The notes beneath the pieces are model-generated. The model saw only the letters and a list, made by a program, of their open reading frames with translations, ran no database searches and was not told the origin of the DNA. Source: Mytilus californianus (Eukaryota). From it: a stretch of DNA of 64,000 bases. Both the position numbers and the translations under genes were made by a program. Shown here piece after piece: positions 51,456 through 62,815 of this stretch (the stretch's first letter is position 1; every line of letters starts with the position of its first letter). Location: NCBI RefSeq assembly GCF_021869535.1, contig NW_026262734.1:59210001-59274000 (forward strand), given 5' to 3'.

Positions 51456-52982
51456 CTGCAAAAAGAAAATGTATTGGACATCAAGACACCAGAATCAACA
51501 CAGCATTGCTTTTTTCATATATCTTACTAAATAGGTTCAAAGCAAATAAAGCAAATGAGAACGTTTTGCCGTAAACATAAGAAAGTTGGATACACAAAAA
51601 CACTAAGAAACACACAAAAGAAATAAAATCTTTTATATTTGAATAACAATTATTGATTGTAGATAGTCAGCAACTCAGCTACGAAATCAAACTCCGAAAC
51701 AGTGGTAACGTCCTCCTTGCTACGCTACGTGATAGTTTAGCAAAGCAACGTCACCACTGTTTCGGAGTTTGCTACTAAATATAATTATGAACATTTCTAT
51801 AGAGTCGTGTAAAACATATAGGAGAACAATTTGCCTACGCCTAATCGGTTTCCCTCTATTTATGTGTTGTTGTTTTATTGGCGTTTAACCTGAGGTGGGA
51901 CATCAAGATAAACAGATTGCACGCATAGTAATGGAAAACAATCATTGGCAGTTGCAAACACAGAATATATAAGAACAGCGTTGATCACTAAAAGATAATG
52001 TACAAAAAGTGTTTATTTTGTCATTGAAATTACATAGAAATAAAAAGTAAAGGAAAGATGTAATATGGACACTGAAACCATGTAGTAGAAACAATAACAT
52101 AATGTCTAATCAAAGAAAGACCATGTTTTAAAAATTAATATGTGCTATATTATTTTAATTAATCAATTAGCATAACTATGCTATGAAATAGTCCCTTTTT
52201 ATTTTATTTGTTTGGGGCTTTTGAATGAGTTTTACATATTTTAAAAAATTAAGATTCATCTTACTGACAGAAAATCAAATCGGATTTTAATATATAATAT
52301 CAACATACAATTTTATTTTGATATCAGACTTTTTCATGATAATCTTATACCAAAAGTAATGATGATAATTTTCCTACTGTTATTAGTCTTTTTCTTAATC
52401 TTTTTGGTTTTCTTGAGTAAACATGTCTGTGTTTGTTTGATTTTTACATGTTTGCAAACACGTCTCGCAGATTTCAATGAATGATGACCGTACTACATCC
52501 AGTATTAGAAATGTAAAACGGATCCAACTATACTTTAGTTTAACCCATTTAATTATAGGTACTGGGGCCAAATTTATAAAATGATACCTTATTTGCAAAG
52601 TTCATGATTTGATTATGGAAACCAAAATGATAATTTGGCAAAAAACGATAAGATATGATATGGACATGGCATTACATGGTGACGATTCAGAGAAAGTTTG
52701 CTGTTCCTATTATGGGTTTAGTATAAGTAGCGATCATTGCAAATGTCTACTTTGTTACTGATGGGACAGAGACAATTGTATGCGATAGCAAACACAACTA
52801 GTCCGATACAAAAGGTGGACACAAGGACAGAAACATCTTACTGTATACTGACACTGTAAAAATACGGGATTGAGGGGGGAGGGGGGGGGGGGGTGGGGGG
52901 GTGGGGGCGATAGTTATCATAATATCATAGTATCATAATCCTTGGTTCATATCTCCAGTTACATAAAATTACCAAAACATAC

Positions 52983-53086
52983 CTTTTTTGCGTCTTCATA
53001 GAACAGAACATGTATGGGATTATCAGGATTGTTTTGTCTTACCCTCTCCCAGAATTGTGTATGTTGAAACCAGTCGTTGAACAAAA
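52983..53086 (-). CDS. Sulfotransferase B exon 3 (not in ORF track)
   Basis: ctacttcag| VLFNDWFQHTQFWERVRQNNPDNPIHVLFYEDAKK |gtat; 104 nt. Confidence 0.92.
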
Positions 53087-53333
53087 CTGAAGTAGATATG
53101 TATTATCAGTCATTAAGGATGTATTCATGTCAGGTTTAGGACTTTAGTCAGATGTAAGAACTCATTGTGTTTTACCTACGATACTGCGTAAAATATTTTG
53201 CCCCATATCACCCACTTTTCTTTTCATAGAAGACTTCTATAACTCTTAGAAGGTCATTACCAAAATTTAAGATTCTTGATTTCCTTTCTCACGATTTGAG
53301 AAGCAAATAATGCCAATACTAAATATAAGGTAA

Positions 53334-53720
53334 AAACATAAACGGTACCAATTTTTCTGCACCAGATGCGAATTTCGACAATCAATGTCTCTTCAGTGAT
53401 GCTCCAAGTCAAAATATTTGAAAATCCAAAGCTTATTTAAAAGATGAAGAGCTATAAGCCAAAAAGAACAAAAAAGTATAGCCAAAGCCGGGCAGGGAAT
53501 CAGAGCTTTGCATGAGGGAGATACATTCCTTAATTTTAAATAATTTCAAACATTTTGTAACAGGAAATTTCGATAACACTAAATCCGTATTTTCATGCCA
53601 GTACCGAAGTATTGGCTACTGGGCTGGTGATACCCTCGGGGACTATCAGTCCACCAGCAGAGGCATCGACCCAGTGGTAGTAAAAACATAAACGGTACCA
53701 ATTTTTCTGCACCAGATGCC
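53334..53720 (+). repeat. Interspersed element bounded by a 37-bp direct repeat
   Basis: aaaacataaacggtaccaatttttctgcaccagatgc at ~53334 and ~53683; a partial copy at ~28936-29010. Confidence 0.8.
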
Positions 53721-54707
53721 CAAGTCAGCCTTTTACCGCCAATTGAAAAAAATCATCAACCTCGAAAAGGAATTTCATAATATATCAATATTTCAGTTTA
53801 ATTTGTTCCTTAACTAATGCTTATGATTAATTATCAATTCTAAATTCCAGATTTTTTAAATTTCATCTGACTATTTTCTTAAAAGAAAAAGTTTTTTTCG
53901 ACAAAGACATTTGGTTGACTTTTTAAATTGTCGATTTATTGATTAATTATTGTTTAACGGCACTTTCAGCACTGTTATCTATATAGTGTCGGCCAGTTTT
54001 AATTGATAGGTAGCAGCCATGGTGACTTGAGAAAATCAACGAACGTCAGCAGGAAATCTGGCTTTCGTTGTCAAATAAAATCGGAATCGAACCGATCTGC
54101 CATTTGAATTACCTTATTACAATAAAGTAAATATTTTGTTTATGGTTTGAAACTGCCTTTAAATCCCAAGCACGTACTAGTAAGTTGAATAGATATGTCT
54201 TTTATGAAATGATGTGAAAAGTAAAATAACAAAAATACCGAACTCCAAGGATAATTCAAAACGGAAAGTCCTTTATCAAATGGTAAAATCAAACGCTCAA
54301 ACACTTCAAACGAATGGAAAAAAACTGTCATATTCCTGACTTGGTACAGGCATTTTCGTATGTGGGAAATGGAAGATTAAACCTGGTTTTATAGCTAGCT
54401 AAACCTCTCACTTGCATGACAGTCATAATGAATTTATATTGCATGTTGATATTAATACAGCTATTGAGCTCACTGATAACTGATGTAGCAATTTACAGTA
54501 ACAATGTTACAAGAAGTAAAAAGAACAATCATCTTTTCAGTGGGTTTTTTCTTCATGTCTATGACGATTTAATAAGCTATTTGTACATTTGTGTACGCGT
54601 ACAGTATAAATTTTCAAAGCTACGAAAGAAAAAAAAATAAGTATATATTAATAAAAAGGCATTCATATTGCAACTGTAGAATGTTTATATTACAATTGAA
54701 TTCTTAC

Positions 54708-55025
54708 CTTTACCATTTAAAAATAGATTTAGATAACCAGCCCAGCTACCAGTCCATTTACTTTCTTTTATTTTGGTAAAGAAATGAAAACCCGAAACTG
54801 CTATTGCTCTTGGGTCTCTTATAACATTGATTATTTTGCAGTTCTTTAGTCTGATTGAAACAGGAAGTTGTTCATAATACAAATGGCTTCCTAACACTCT
54901 TGGTGGTGGTAACTGTTCCACTTTTCTAACCCCAGCTTCCAAAATATATTTAGCTGGAAAATCCTTTGAAATATTTGATGTGTTATTAACTAGCATTGTC
55001 ACTACTTCCCATATCCAATGGAAAC
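54708..55025 (-). CDS. Sulfotransferase B exon 2
   Basis: gattttag| GFHWIWEV...PPPRVLGSHLY...IRDPRAIAVSGFHF...YLNLFLNGK |gtaaga; 318 nt (one codon shorter than A). Confidence 0.95.
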
Positions 55026-55047
55026 CTAAAATCGTGATGTATAAATT

Positions 55048-55346
55048 GGATCATTCCATTTAATATCAGAAAAGGGAGGGTTTTTTTTTCTGAAGGGTAT
55101 CAAAGTCATTTCTCAGGGGAACTAATTGGCTCATAATATAAGTGAGAGGTACCCATTTTTTGTGTTTCTGAGGGGTATTTTTTTGTCTAAATATGTAAAA
55201 ATGAGGGATTGGTGGCTAGATTTGATATCTGAGGGGTTTTTATCCAAGCATCCGAGGGATTGAAATCTGTCTGAGAATTTTCTTAAGAGGGTCTTTGACA
55301 AGGTACTCATCCCCCCTTTTGTTATAGAAACTAAATGGAATGGCCC
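55048..55346. mobile_element. PIF/Harbinger-like MITE, ~15-bp TIR, specific to SULT-B
   Basis: Left ggatcattccattta vs right taaatggaatggccc; absent from the matching SULT-A intron position (~34100). Confidence 0.65.
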
Positions 55347-56362
55347 ATCAATGACAGATTGGTTTTTCTTTCTTACGTCCCATCAATGCAGAAGACTATA
55401 TCACATCGAGAGCATAAGGGTATTAAAAACAATAAAACCAATAAAGTGTGAAGCCATAATACAAACATGTTTCTTTTGTTTTTGTATAATTTTGTTTTGG
55501 ACATTGTACAAGATCGTGCCTTTCTTTCCTGTTTATGGCGTAATGTTCTATGAATACTCAGTGGTCGATATATCATAGTGCTTAACTACAATACCATTGA
55601 CTTTTTTTTTTGCCCCTTCTATGACGGTATTGTAGCCAATTTATTTAGTTGATATATAATAACTTACAGTATCTAAGAAACGGACCTATTCAAGAAAACT
55701 TCATTTTAACCTATTGAATCATCAAATTTAGGTCAAGGTCAGATAAATCCGTCAGACGAAAATGTATTGCATATATAGAATATTGTTGACATTTTAGTTA
55801 AAAGATTTTAGAAACGAACGTTATCTTGACAGTATAATGTTGACAAACTAACCATGAAAATAAGGTCAAGGTCAATTGAACCTTATTTGGCGGACATGTT
55901 TACCTTAAATCATTTTATACACCAAGGAACATGTTAAAACCCGGCACATCGTTTATGTCCATCTTCCAAGCTTCAGTGGTTGTCGTTGGCTGCTGCTTGT
56001 TAAATATGTTTTTCATTTCTCGTTGTAGTATAAATCAAGCCGCTGGTATTCTCTCATATTTTGTCATGTCGGAACCATTTATAACATACTATATGGTAGG
56101 GGTATAAATCATTGATGAAGGTTGTACAATGACCTGTAATTGTTTAACTATTTGTCTTCGGTCTTTATAAATAGTTATCTCATAAACACAAAATCACCAC
56201 ATATCCTTATTTTTGTTTATCCTCGTTGCTGGAAAAGCGTCCCTATGTTTGCATTCTACGATTTTCAGGTAACTAAGTACCTCATTTCAAAATGGTGATA
56301 CAAGTCAAATAATTCACAACTTCGTAGAAACAAGAATTTTGCCTGAAAGAAATCGTACAAAC

Positions 56363-56534
56363 CTGATTTCGGATATGAACAAATGATGACATCATTGTCA
56401 TCGGCATCAAATGACTGCATATGTTTCAACTGTGAAGGTATGTCTGAAACACTTGCTGGAAAATAACGTCCTTCATATTCTTTTACAGTTATGGATCCAG
56501 CTAAATCACCATCCGCAACAAATGTTTTTAACAT
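56363..56534 (-). CDS. Sulfotransferase B exon 1 (ATG)
   Basis: cttttatag|aATG MLKTFVADGDLAGSITVKEYEG...IICSYPKSG |gtttgt; 172 nt. The five exons sum to 945 nt = 314 aa + stop. Confidence 0.93.
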
Positions 56535-56580
56535 TCTATAAAAGTAAAAATAACTATTTAATTACAATAGTGTATCTTAA

Positions 56581-57200
56581 GGGCATACAATACAGTTACA
56601 GGGGAGGTAATGACGTTGCTAACGTAAATTGTTATTTTCGCGACGTCAAACTGTGACTTATCGGGAACAGATGCAGTTTTCGACTGATTTTTATCATTCA
56701 AACTGATTTAACTTGAAAACGAGTTCATGGACCCTTCTTTTTTAAAATGACATTTGGTTTGATTACGTATGAAGATTATGTGTACCAATTTTCATGAAAA
56801 CGTCAATAGTGCAATTTTTTTTAATTTGATAAATATACAGCAAAAAACGACGTTTTTTTCCTACAATCATGAACATTTGATAAATATGAGTTATTTGTAA
56901 AAATATAATGTACAAATTTATAGAACATTTATATAAAACAGAAATTACAAATAATTTAACAAAAAACAGCTTGTGTTTATCTTTTAAAACAAAAAAGTTC
57001 TGTGTTTTTGTCGAAAGGAAAAATACGTCAACAAATCTTAATTTTGAGCAAATATCTGAAATTTTGACCTCATTTTACTCAAAAAGTAGCACATGACGGT
57101 ATATTTTTTATTACATATTTGATTTAATCAGGTGAAAAATAGCCAATATGCAAATTTTCATCAAAATTTCATTATGGGATCAAAACTGTATCGTGAGCCC
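56581..57200. mobile_element. 620-bp MITE with TTAA TSD (Kolobok-like)
   Basis: ttaa|gggcatacaatacagtt ... aactgtatcgtgagccc|ttaa; the paralogous empty site tatc-ttaa-gtct is at 37748-37759. Confidence 0.9.
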
Positions 57201-57444
57201 TTAAGTCTAATAAGGGTTATAACAATAAGAAGATGTGGTATGATTGCCAATAAGACAACTCTCTCCAGAGACCCAATAACGTAGAAGTTAACAAATATAC
57301 AGCATCGTGCGGCCTTCAATAATGGGCAAATCCATACCCAATAGTAAGATATAAAGGGCACGAAATGACAAATGTAAAACAATTCAAACAAGATACCAAA
57401 CGCCTGGTGTATGTACGAAATAATAAACGAAAGATGATATATAG

Positions 57445-57589
57445 TGTTAACAATTTAGTTCAGTAGTTTAGTTATTAAGTTTAGTTTTTAGTTCTATGTG
57501 TATGTATCTTTGTATTTACAGTTTGTAACTTGGTGGGTTTAGATTAAAGTTGTACAGAGAACATTTTAGTCAATTAGAGCCATTTAACA
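57445..57589 (+). repeat. 5' LTR (145 bp) of a GalEa-type Copia element
   Basis: TGTTAA...TTAACA termini, directly followed by the PBS. Confidence 0.85.
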
Positions 57590-57590
57590 G

Positions 57591-57602
57591 TGGTAGCAGA
57601 GC
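57591..57602 (+). promoter_or_regulatory. Primer-binding site complementary to the tRNA-Met(i) 3' end
   Basis: TGGTAGCAGAGC, 1 nt after the LTR. Confidence 0.88.
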
Positions 57603-60600
57603 TCACAACATCCGGTGAGATGGCGACTGCTCTGAGTCATAAGAACCCACAAAGTTTGACAACAGAGAAATCATACCAGCGATGGAAGAACGAAGTGAAG
57701 ATGTGGCAACTGGTTACAGAATTGGACAAGAAGAGAGGCCTAGCACTTGCGTTGTCTTTACAAGGAAAACCAAGAGGAGTAGTGTTAGAAATGACACCAG
57801 AGAATCTGAATGTTGATGAAGGAGTTGACAAATTAATAACAGAATTAGATAAATTGTTTGAAAAGGACAAGATAGATCAAGCTTATGCAGCATATACAGC
57901 TTCACAGGGAGTCTTCAATAAAAATGTGTGACTATATAATTTAGTTTGAACAGAAGTATAACAAGTGCAAGAAATATAACATGGCACTTCATGATGCAAT
58001 ATTAGCATTTAGGACTTGGTCAAAGTGACAGGCATTTCGCTTTAACGACATGTTCTGATTTAAAATTTAATACCATGAAGGCAGCCCTTAATAGAATATT
58101 TGCATCTAAATCACAGAGTGATAATGATATAGTTACTGTAAAAGAAGAATCTGCATATGTAGGAGAACATCTGTTTGATAGAGGGCGTAGTTCAAGGAGA
58201 TTTGGTGCACGCAATCGCATAGAAAGATAATTTAATCAAAGAAATGCACAATCCAGACTGAATCCAACTATAAATGGCAGCATATCTCGTTGTAGATGTT
58301 GTGATTCAAAATATCACTGGTTTAGGGATTGTCCACAAAAAACATGTAAAACATATGATGTTAAAATGATAAATACAGAGGAACAAACAGACACATCTGA
58401 AACTGTAAACATAACTCTGATTACAACTTCATACTAAAACATTACACCTCAAGAAATGTTTGTAGCTGATGCATTTAATGCTGGAGTTGTAGATACAGCA
58501 TGGACCAAAACAGTTTGCGGGTCTACATGGTTACATCAATTTTAAGACACTTTTGACACTGAAAATAAAGAAATAAAAAGCAAGGAAAGTCATACAGCTT
58601 TCAAATTTGGTGATGGTCAAACAGTGTATTCTTATCAGTCTGTAAAGTTACCAGCCACAATTGGATCTCTAAATTGTTACATAGAAACAGAAGTAGTTGA
58701 TTGCGAAATACCTCTATTATTGAGCAAAGATTCTTTGGAAAGAGCGCAAACAGTTCTTGATCTCCATAATGATAAAGTGACTATGTTTGGAAAACCAGAT
58801 GATGTTCATTTCACTTCAAATGGTCATAATTGCAAAAACATTAAAGAAAAAAGAAATAGACAGAAAAATACTGCAGTGAGTGAGGAGGAAATCCTTAAGG
58901 TTGATTCTAGATTCTCTAAGAAAAGAAAGAGGGATATTATATCAAAACTGCATACACAATTTGGTCATGCCTCATCTGAAAAGTTGCAAAGGCAATAGTG
59001 AATGATGTTTGCTCAAAATGCATTGCCTGTTTCAAGTTTCAACGTCAAAAGCCAAAGCCAGTGGTGGCATTTTCCCATGCAAATGATTTTAACCAAATTG
59101 CTGCTATGGATGTACATGAAATTGATCACAATTTCTACTATTTGCACATAATTGACTTGTTTAGCCGTTTAAGTGCAGCAGCCATAAGACTAACAGTTAG
59201 TTGTTGACAAATTCATGCAGATGCATGGGTTAGTGTATATGGTGCTCCTGAAGTTGGAGTATACACTGACAATGGCGGGGAATTCAAGTCTCAATTTTTT
59301 CGTGATCTGGCTGAAAATCTAAACATGTCAGTTACATGTAAGACCAGGATAATTCCCTAGTCAAATGAAATTGTAGAACGACATAATGCAACTCTAACTG
59401 AAACAGTTAATAAAATCAGAGAAATTTCCAATCTATCTTGGGAAACTGCTATTTGCTGGGCTGTGAATGCCAAAAATAGTCTTGTAAATGTGTATGAATA
59501 TAGTCCTTATCAGATTGTGTTTGGGAGACATCCTAACTTGTCAACAACATTAGTGAATAAACCTCCAGCTCTGGAAGGAAAAACAATGAGTAAAACAATG
59601 GGAAAACACTTAGTTGGTCTTCACGAGGCAAGGAAAGCATTTGTAGCATCAGAATCCTAAAAACAATTAGACGTGCTCTTCGAAATCAGGTTAGTCCTTC
59701 AGGTGAGAAATTCAGAAATGGAGATAAAGTATACTTTCTTAGAGAACATCAATGAAATGGACCAGGTACAGTTATTGGACAGGACAATGTTGTTGTGTTT
59801 ATAAGGTATGGGGGAACGTATCTAAGAGTGCATGAATGTAGGACAAAATGAAAAGAAAAACAAACTGCAGGAAAAGAGGGCAACATTGAATGAAAGTCTG
59901 AAAACTCAAAACTTTGTCAAGAATAAGGCTGAACATGAAGACCTTTGTTATGATAGTGATGATGAGGAACACTCACATGTAAACAATAAGTCAGTCAATG
60001 AAAGTGACAATGGAGCAGAAGAAGGACATGAATCTGAATTGGAAAGTCAGGCAGATGTCTCAGAATTAGACAGTGATAATCCGATGAATAATCAAGGGCA
60101 TGCATCTGGAGAAGTAGGTTAATCAGGAGCTGACTCTGAACTGGAATATGATAATCCTACAAATCAAAGGCATGGAATTACTCTGGATCATGAAAATACT
60201 CCAGTGAGCAAACAGAGCAACGAGCAAGAAACTCCTATAGGGTCAGTAGAAGTGTTGAATCAAAAAGTAATAAGGCTACATTTTAAAAAAGGACCAAAAA
60301 GTGAACTTTAAAATACCAGATGATGATAATCCACGAGAAGGAGTTGTTCTGAGTAGAGCTGGTAAAGCATCTTAAAATACTAGGAATTGGTACAATGTAG
60401 AATATAGGAAACCAGAAGACCTTAGAGGTAACAAAATGTCCATAGACTTAAGTACGGTTGATGAATTGGAAGTTCTAAAGTCTGACACGGATCAGGATAT
60501 AGAGGATGACGAGGAATCAGAAGAAGCATTCTTCAATGAGATTGACTTTTGTGATGCTCGTCAAGCTGAACTTGATAATTTGAAGAGACATAATGTTTAT

Positions 60601-61833
60601 AAAAAAGTTGAAGACTTTGGTCAGTCATACGTATCCAGTAGATGGGTATATACTATAAAAAAAAAAGGCAGATAATGAAATACACCGGAAAGCAAGACTC
60701 GATGCAAAAGGTTTCGAAGAAGATTGTTTGGATAAAATACAGAAGAACTCTCCTACTTGTGACAAACAATCTCTTAGACTCATTCTAACAATGATAATGC
60801 AAAAGAAATGGTTGATCAATTCCATAGACATTTAAACTGCTTTTCTACAAGGAGAGAAAAAACAAAGAAAAGCTCATCCAAGGAAGTTTATGCTAATGGC
60901 AAAATCTGGCTTTTAGAGAAATGTGTTATGGTCTTGCAGATGCCCCTTTTTTAAATGGTATGGAAAGGTTAAGAAAACCATTAAAGAATGTGGAGGTACT
61001 GATCTAAAGTCGATCCAGCAGTATTTTACTGGCACGATTCCAATGGTCTGGTTGGGGTACGAGCAGTTCATATTGATGATTTTATGTGGGCAGGAACCAA
61101 TTTGTTTGAAACTGAGGTTATATTGAAAATAAGAGAGGAATTAATTGTCGGAAAAGAAGCTGCAGAATCTTTCAAATATTTAGGACTGGGTCTAAGCCAT
61201 GCTGATGATAAAATTATACTGAGTCAGACAGATTATGTTGAAGTGTTAAACACATTATCAATAGATAGAAAAGGGTATGGGATTCTCAGCTTTTGTCAGT
61301 CGAACAAACTGTTCTAAGATGAAAAGTAGAACAACTGCTGTTGCTTGCAAAACAAAATCGTCATGACATTGCTTTTGACATCGCTATGATTGCATCAAAG
61401 TTAAAGACAAGCACTATTGAAGACCTGAAAAGAGTGAACAAGCTATTAAGGAAAGTTAGAAATGATCCAGTGTCCCTTCATTTCAAGGAACTTGGAGAAC
61501 ATGTTGAACTGTTATTATATACTGATGCTTCTTTCGGAAATCTTTCAGATTGGGGAAAGTCAAGGAGGGTTTGTGATTATGGTACTTTGAGAAAATGGGA
61601 AAATCAACCCAGTTACATGGCAATCTAAGAAAATTAGCAAAGTCGTTAGAAGTACACTACCTAGCGAAACACTAGCTTTAGCAGATGATATTGATTGTGC
61701 TACATCACTAGCTACTTTGTATAATGAGCTAATTTTCAATAAATGTACTTCAGATGGAGGTATTCCAGTTCGATGTGTGATTGACAATAAGGACCTTTTT
61801 GAGGCCGTACATTCAAGGAAAAATGTATCTGAA

Positions 61834-62240
61834 TAAAAAAAGGCAACAGTAGTATACCGATGTTCAAAAGTCATAAATCGATTGACAGAAACCAAATCCG
61901 GGTTACAAACTACAACCGAGGGAATCACACCAACTATATGAGGAAAACAAAGGAACAACAAACATAAAACTATTTGAACAAAGAAAAAATAAAATGGCAT
62001 ATAGACACCCTATAAACCAAGTACATAAGAAAAAATGAAAGACAAGAATACAAAAATGTCGATAGCACAATAACACACGGGATGTAGAAATACCAAGCCA
62101 CGCCAAAAGTATATTACCAAAAATGGACTAAACAATAAAGGTTAAAAATATACAAAGACAAATAAAAAGAACGTTCACCTTAACACGTAATTAAGATGAT
62201 AAACCACGTCAGTGCCTAGAATCTATACATCAAGACCATT
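61834..62240 (+). repeat. 'aaaggcaacagtagtataccg' interspersed repeat truncating the Copia RNaseH
   Basis: Homologous to the start of 34478-35210. Confidence 0.8.
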
Positions 62241-62815
62241 ATGACAGTTTATGCTTTCCCTACATCATATTTTATACATTTATCACGTGATTAATTTGTT
62301 TTTTATATAATAGTGAAACTAATCGCATATCATTAACCAGTTTAATATTGTAATGTAGTCTTAACTATTTTGCAGACAACTTAAAAAAACAATTAGCCAC
62401 TGATATGTACAAGCGGTGAAGTCGGTCACGAGTGTATTTATTAAATATATATGTGTGTACTCGTGTTAAAATATCAAGTTCACAAAATTAGAAATTTAAA
62501 CAGTTGGTAAATATAATATTTTATCAAATGCAGTATTGTCATACAATTCATATAACGATTGTTTGTAATAGTTTATGATACATATGATATGAATAACATT
62601 ACCTTTTGGATAAATGACCTTGCAATTATATACAGATAGCATAATACATAGTACATAACCCAATTCTATTATTTACTTCACAATAATATATGGAAAACCA
62701 ATCGTATCATAATGATCTACAACAACGCTCACTCATAAAATATCTGTGTTTCGACGACTCTACCAATACGGTTTTTAATTCTAGTAGTATACAATGTTCG
62801 TAATATTATTCAATT
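62240..62815. repeat. Paralogous upstream block of the SULT duplication (matches ~39340-39980)
   Basis: Shared runs atttatc.cgtgatt, gtgaagtcggtcac, aataacattaccttttggataaat, ccaatcgtatca, gtttttaattctag. Confidence 0.85.

Larger units (their letters stand above)
57445..61833 (+). mobile_element. Decayed Ty1/Copia (GalEa-clade-like) LTR retrotransposon, 3'-truncated
   Basis: gag SYQRWKNEVKMWQLVTEL...ALALSLQG; CCHC knuckle CRCCDSKYHWFRDC (~58285); PR GVVDTAWTKTVCG; INT HTQFGH, IIDLFSRLS, TDNGGEF, IVERHN; RT ELDNLKRHNVY, SRWVYTIK, HIDDFMWAG; RH YTDASFGN, SETLALADD, VIDNKDL. INT precedes RT (Copia order). Many stops and frameshifts; no 3' LTR. Confidence 0.93.

Noticed and set aside
59832-60675. 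Acidic ORFs (96 and 79 aa) as host genes
   Set aside because: They are the low-complexity INT-RT linker of the Copia element.
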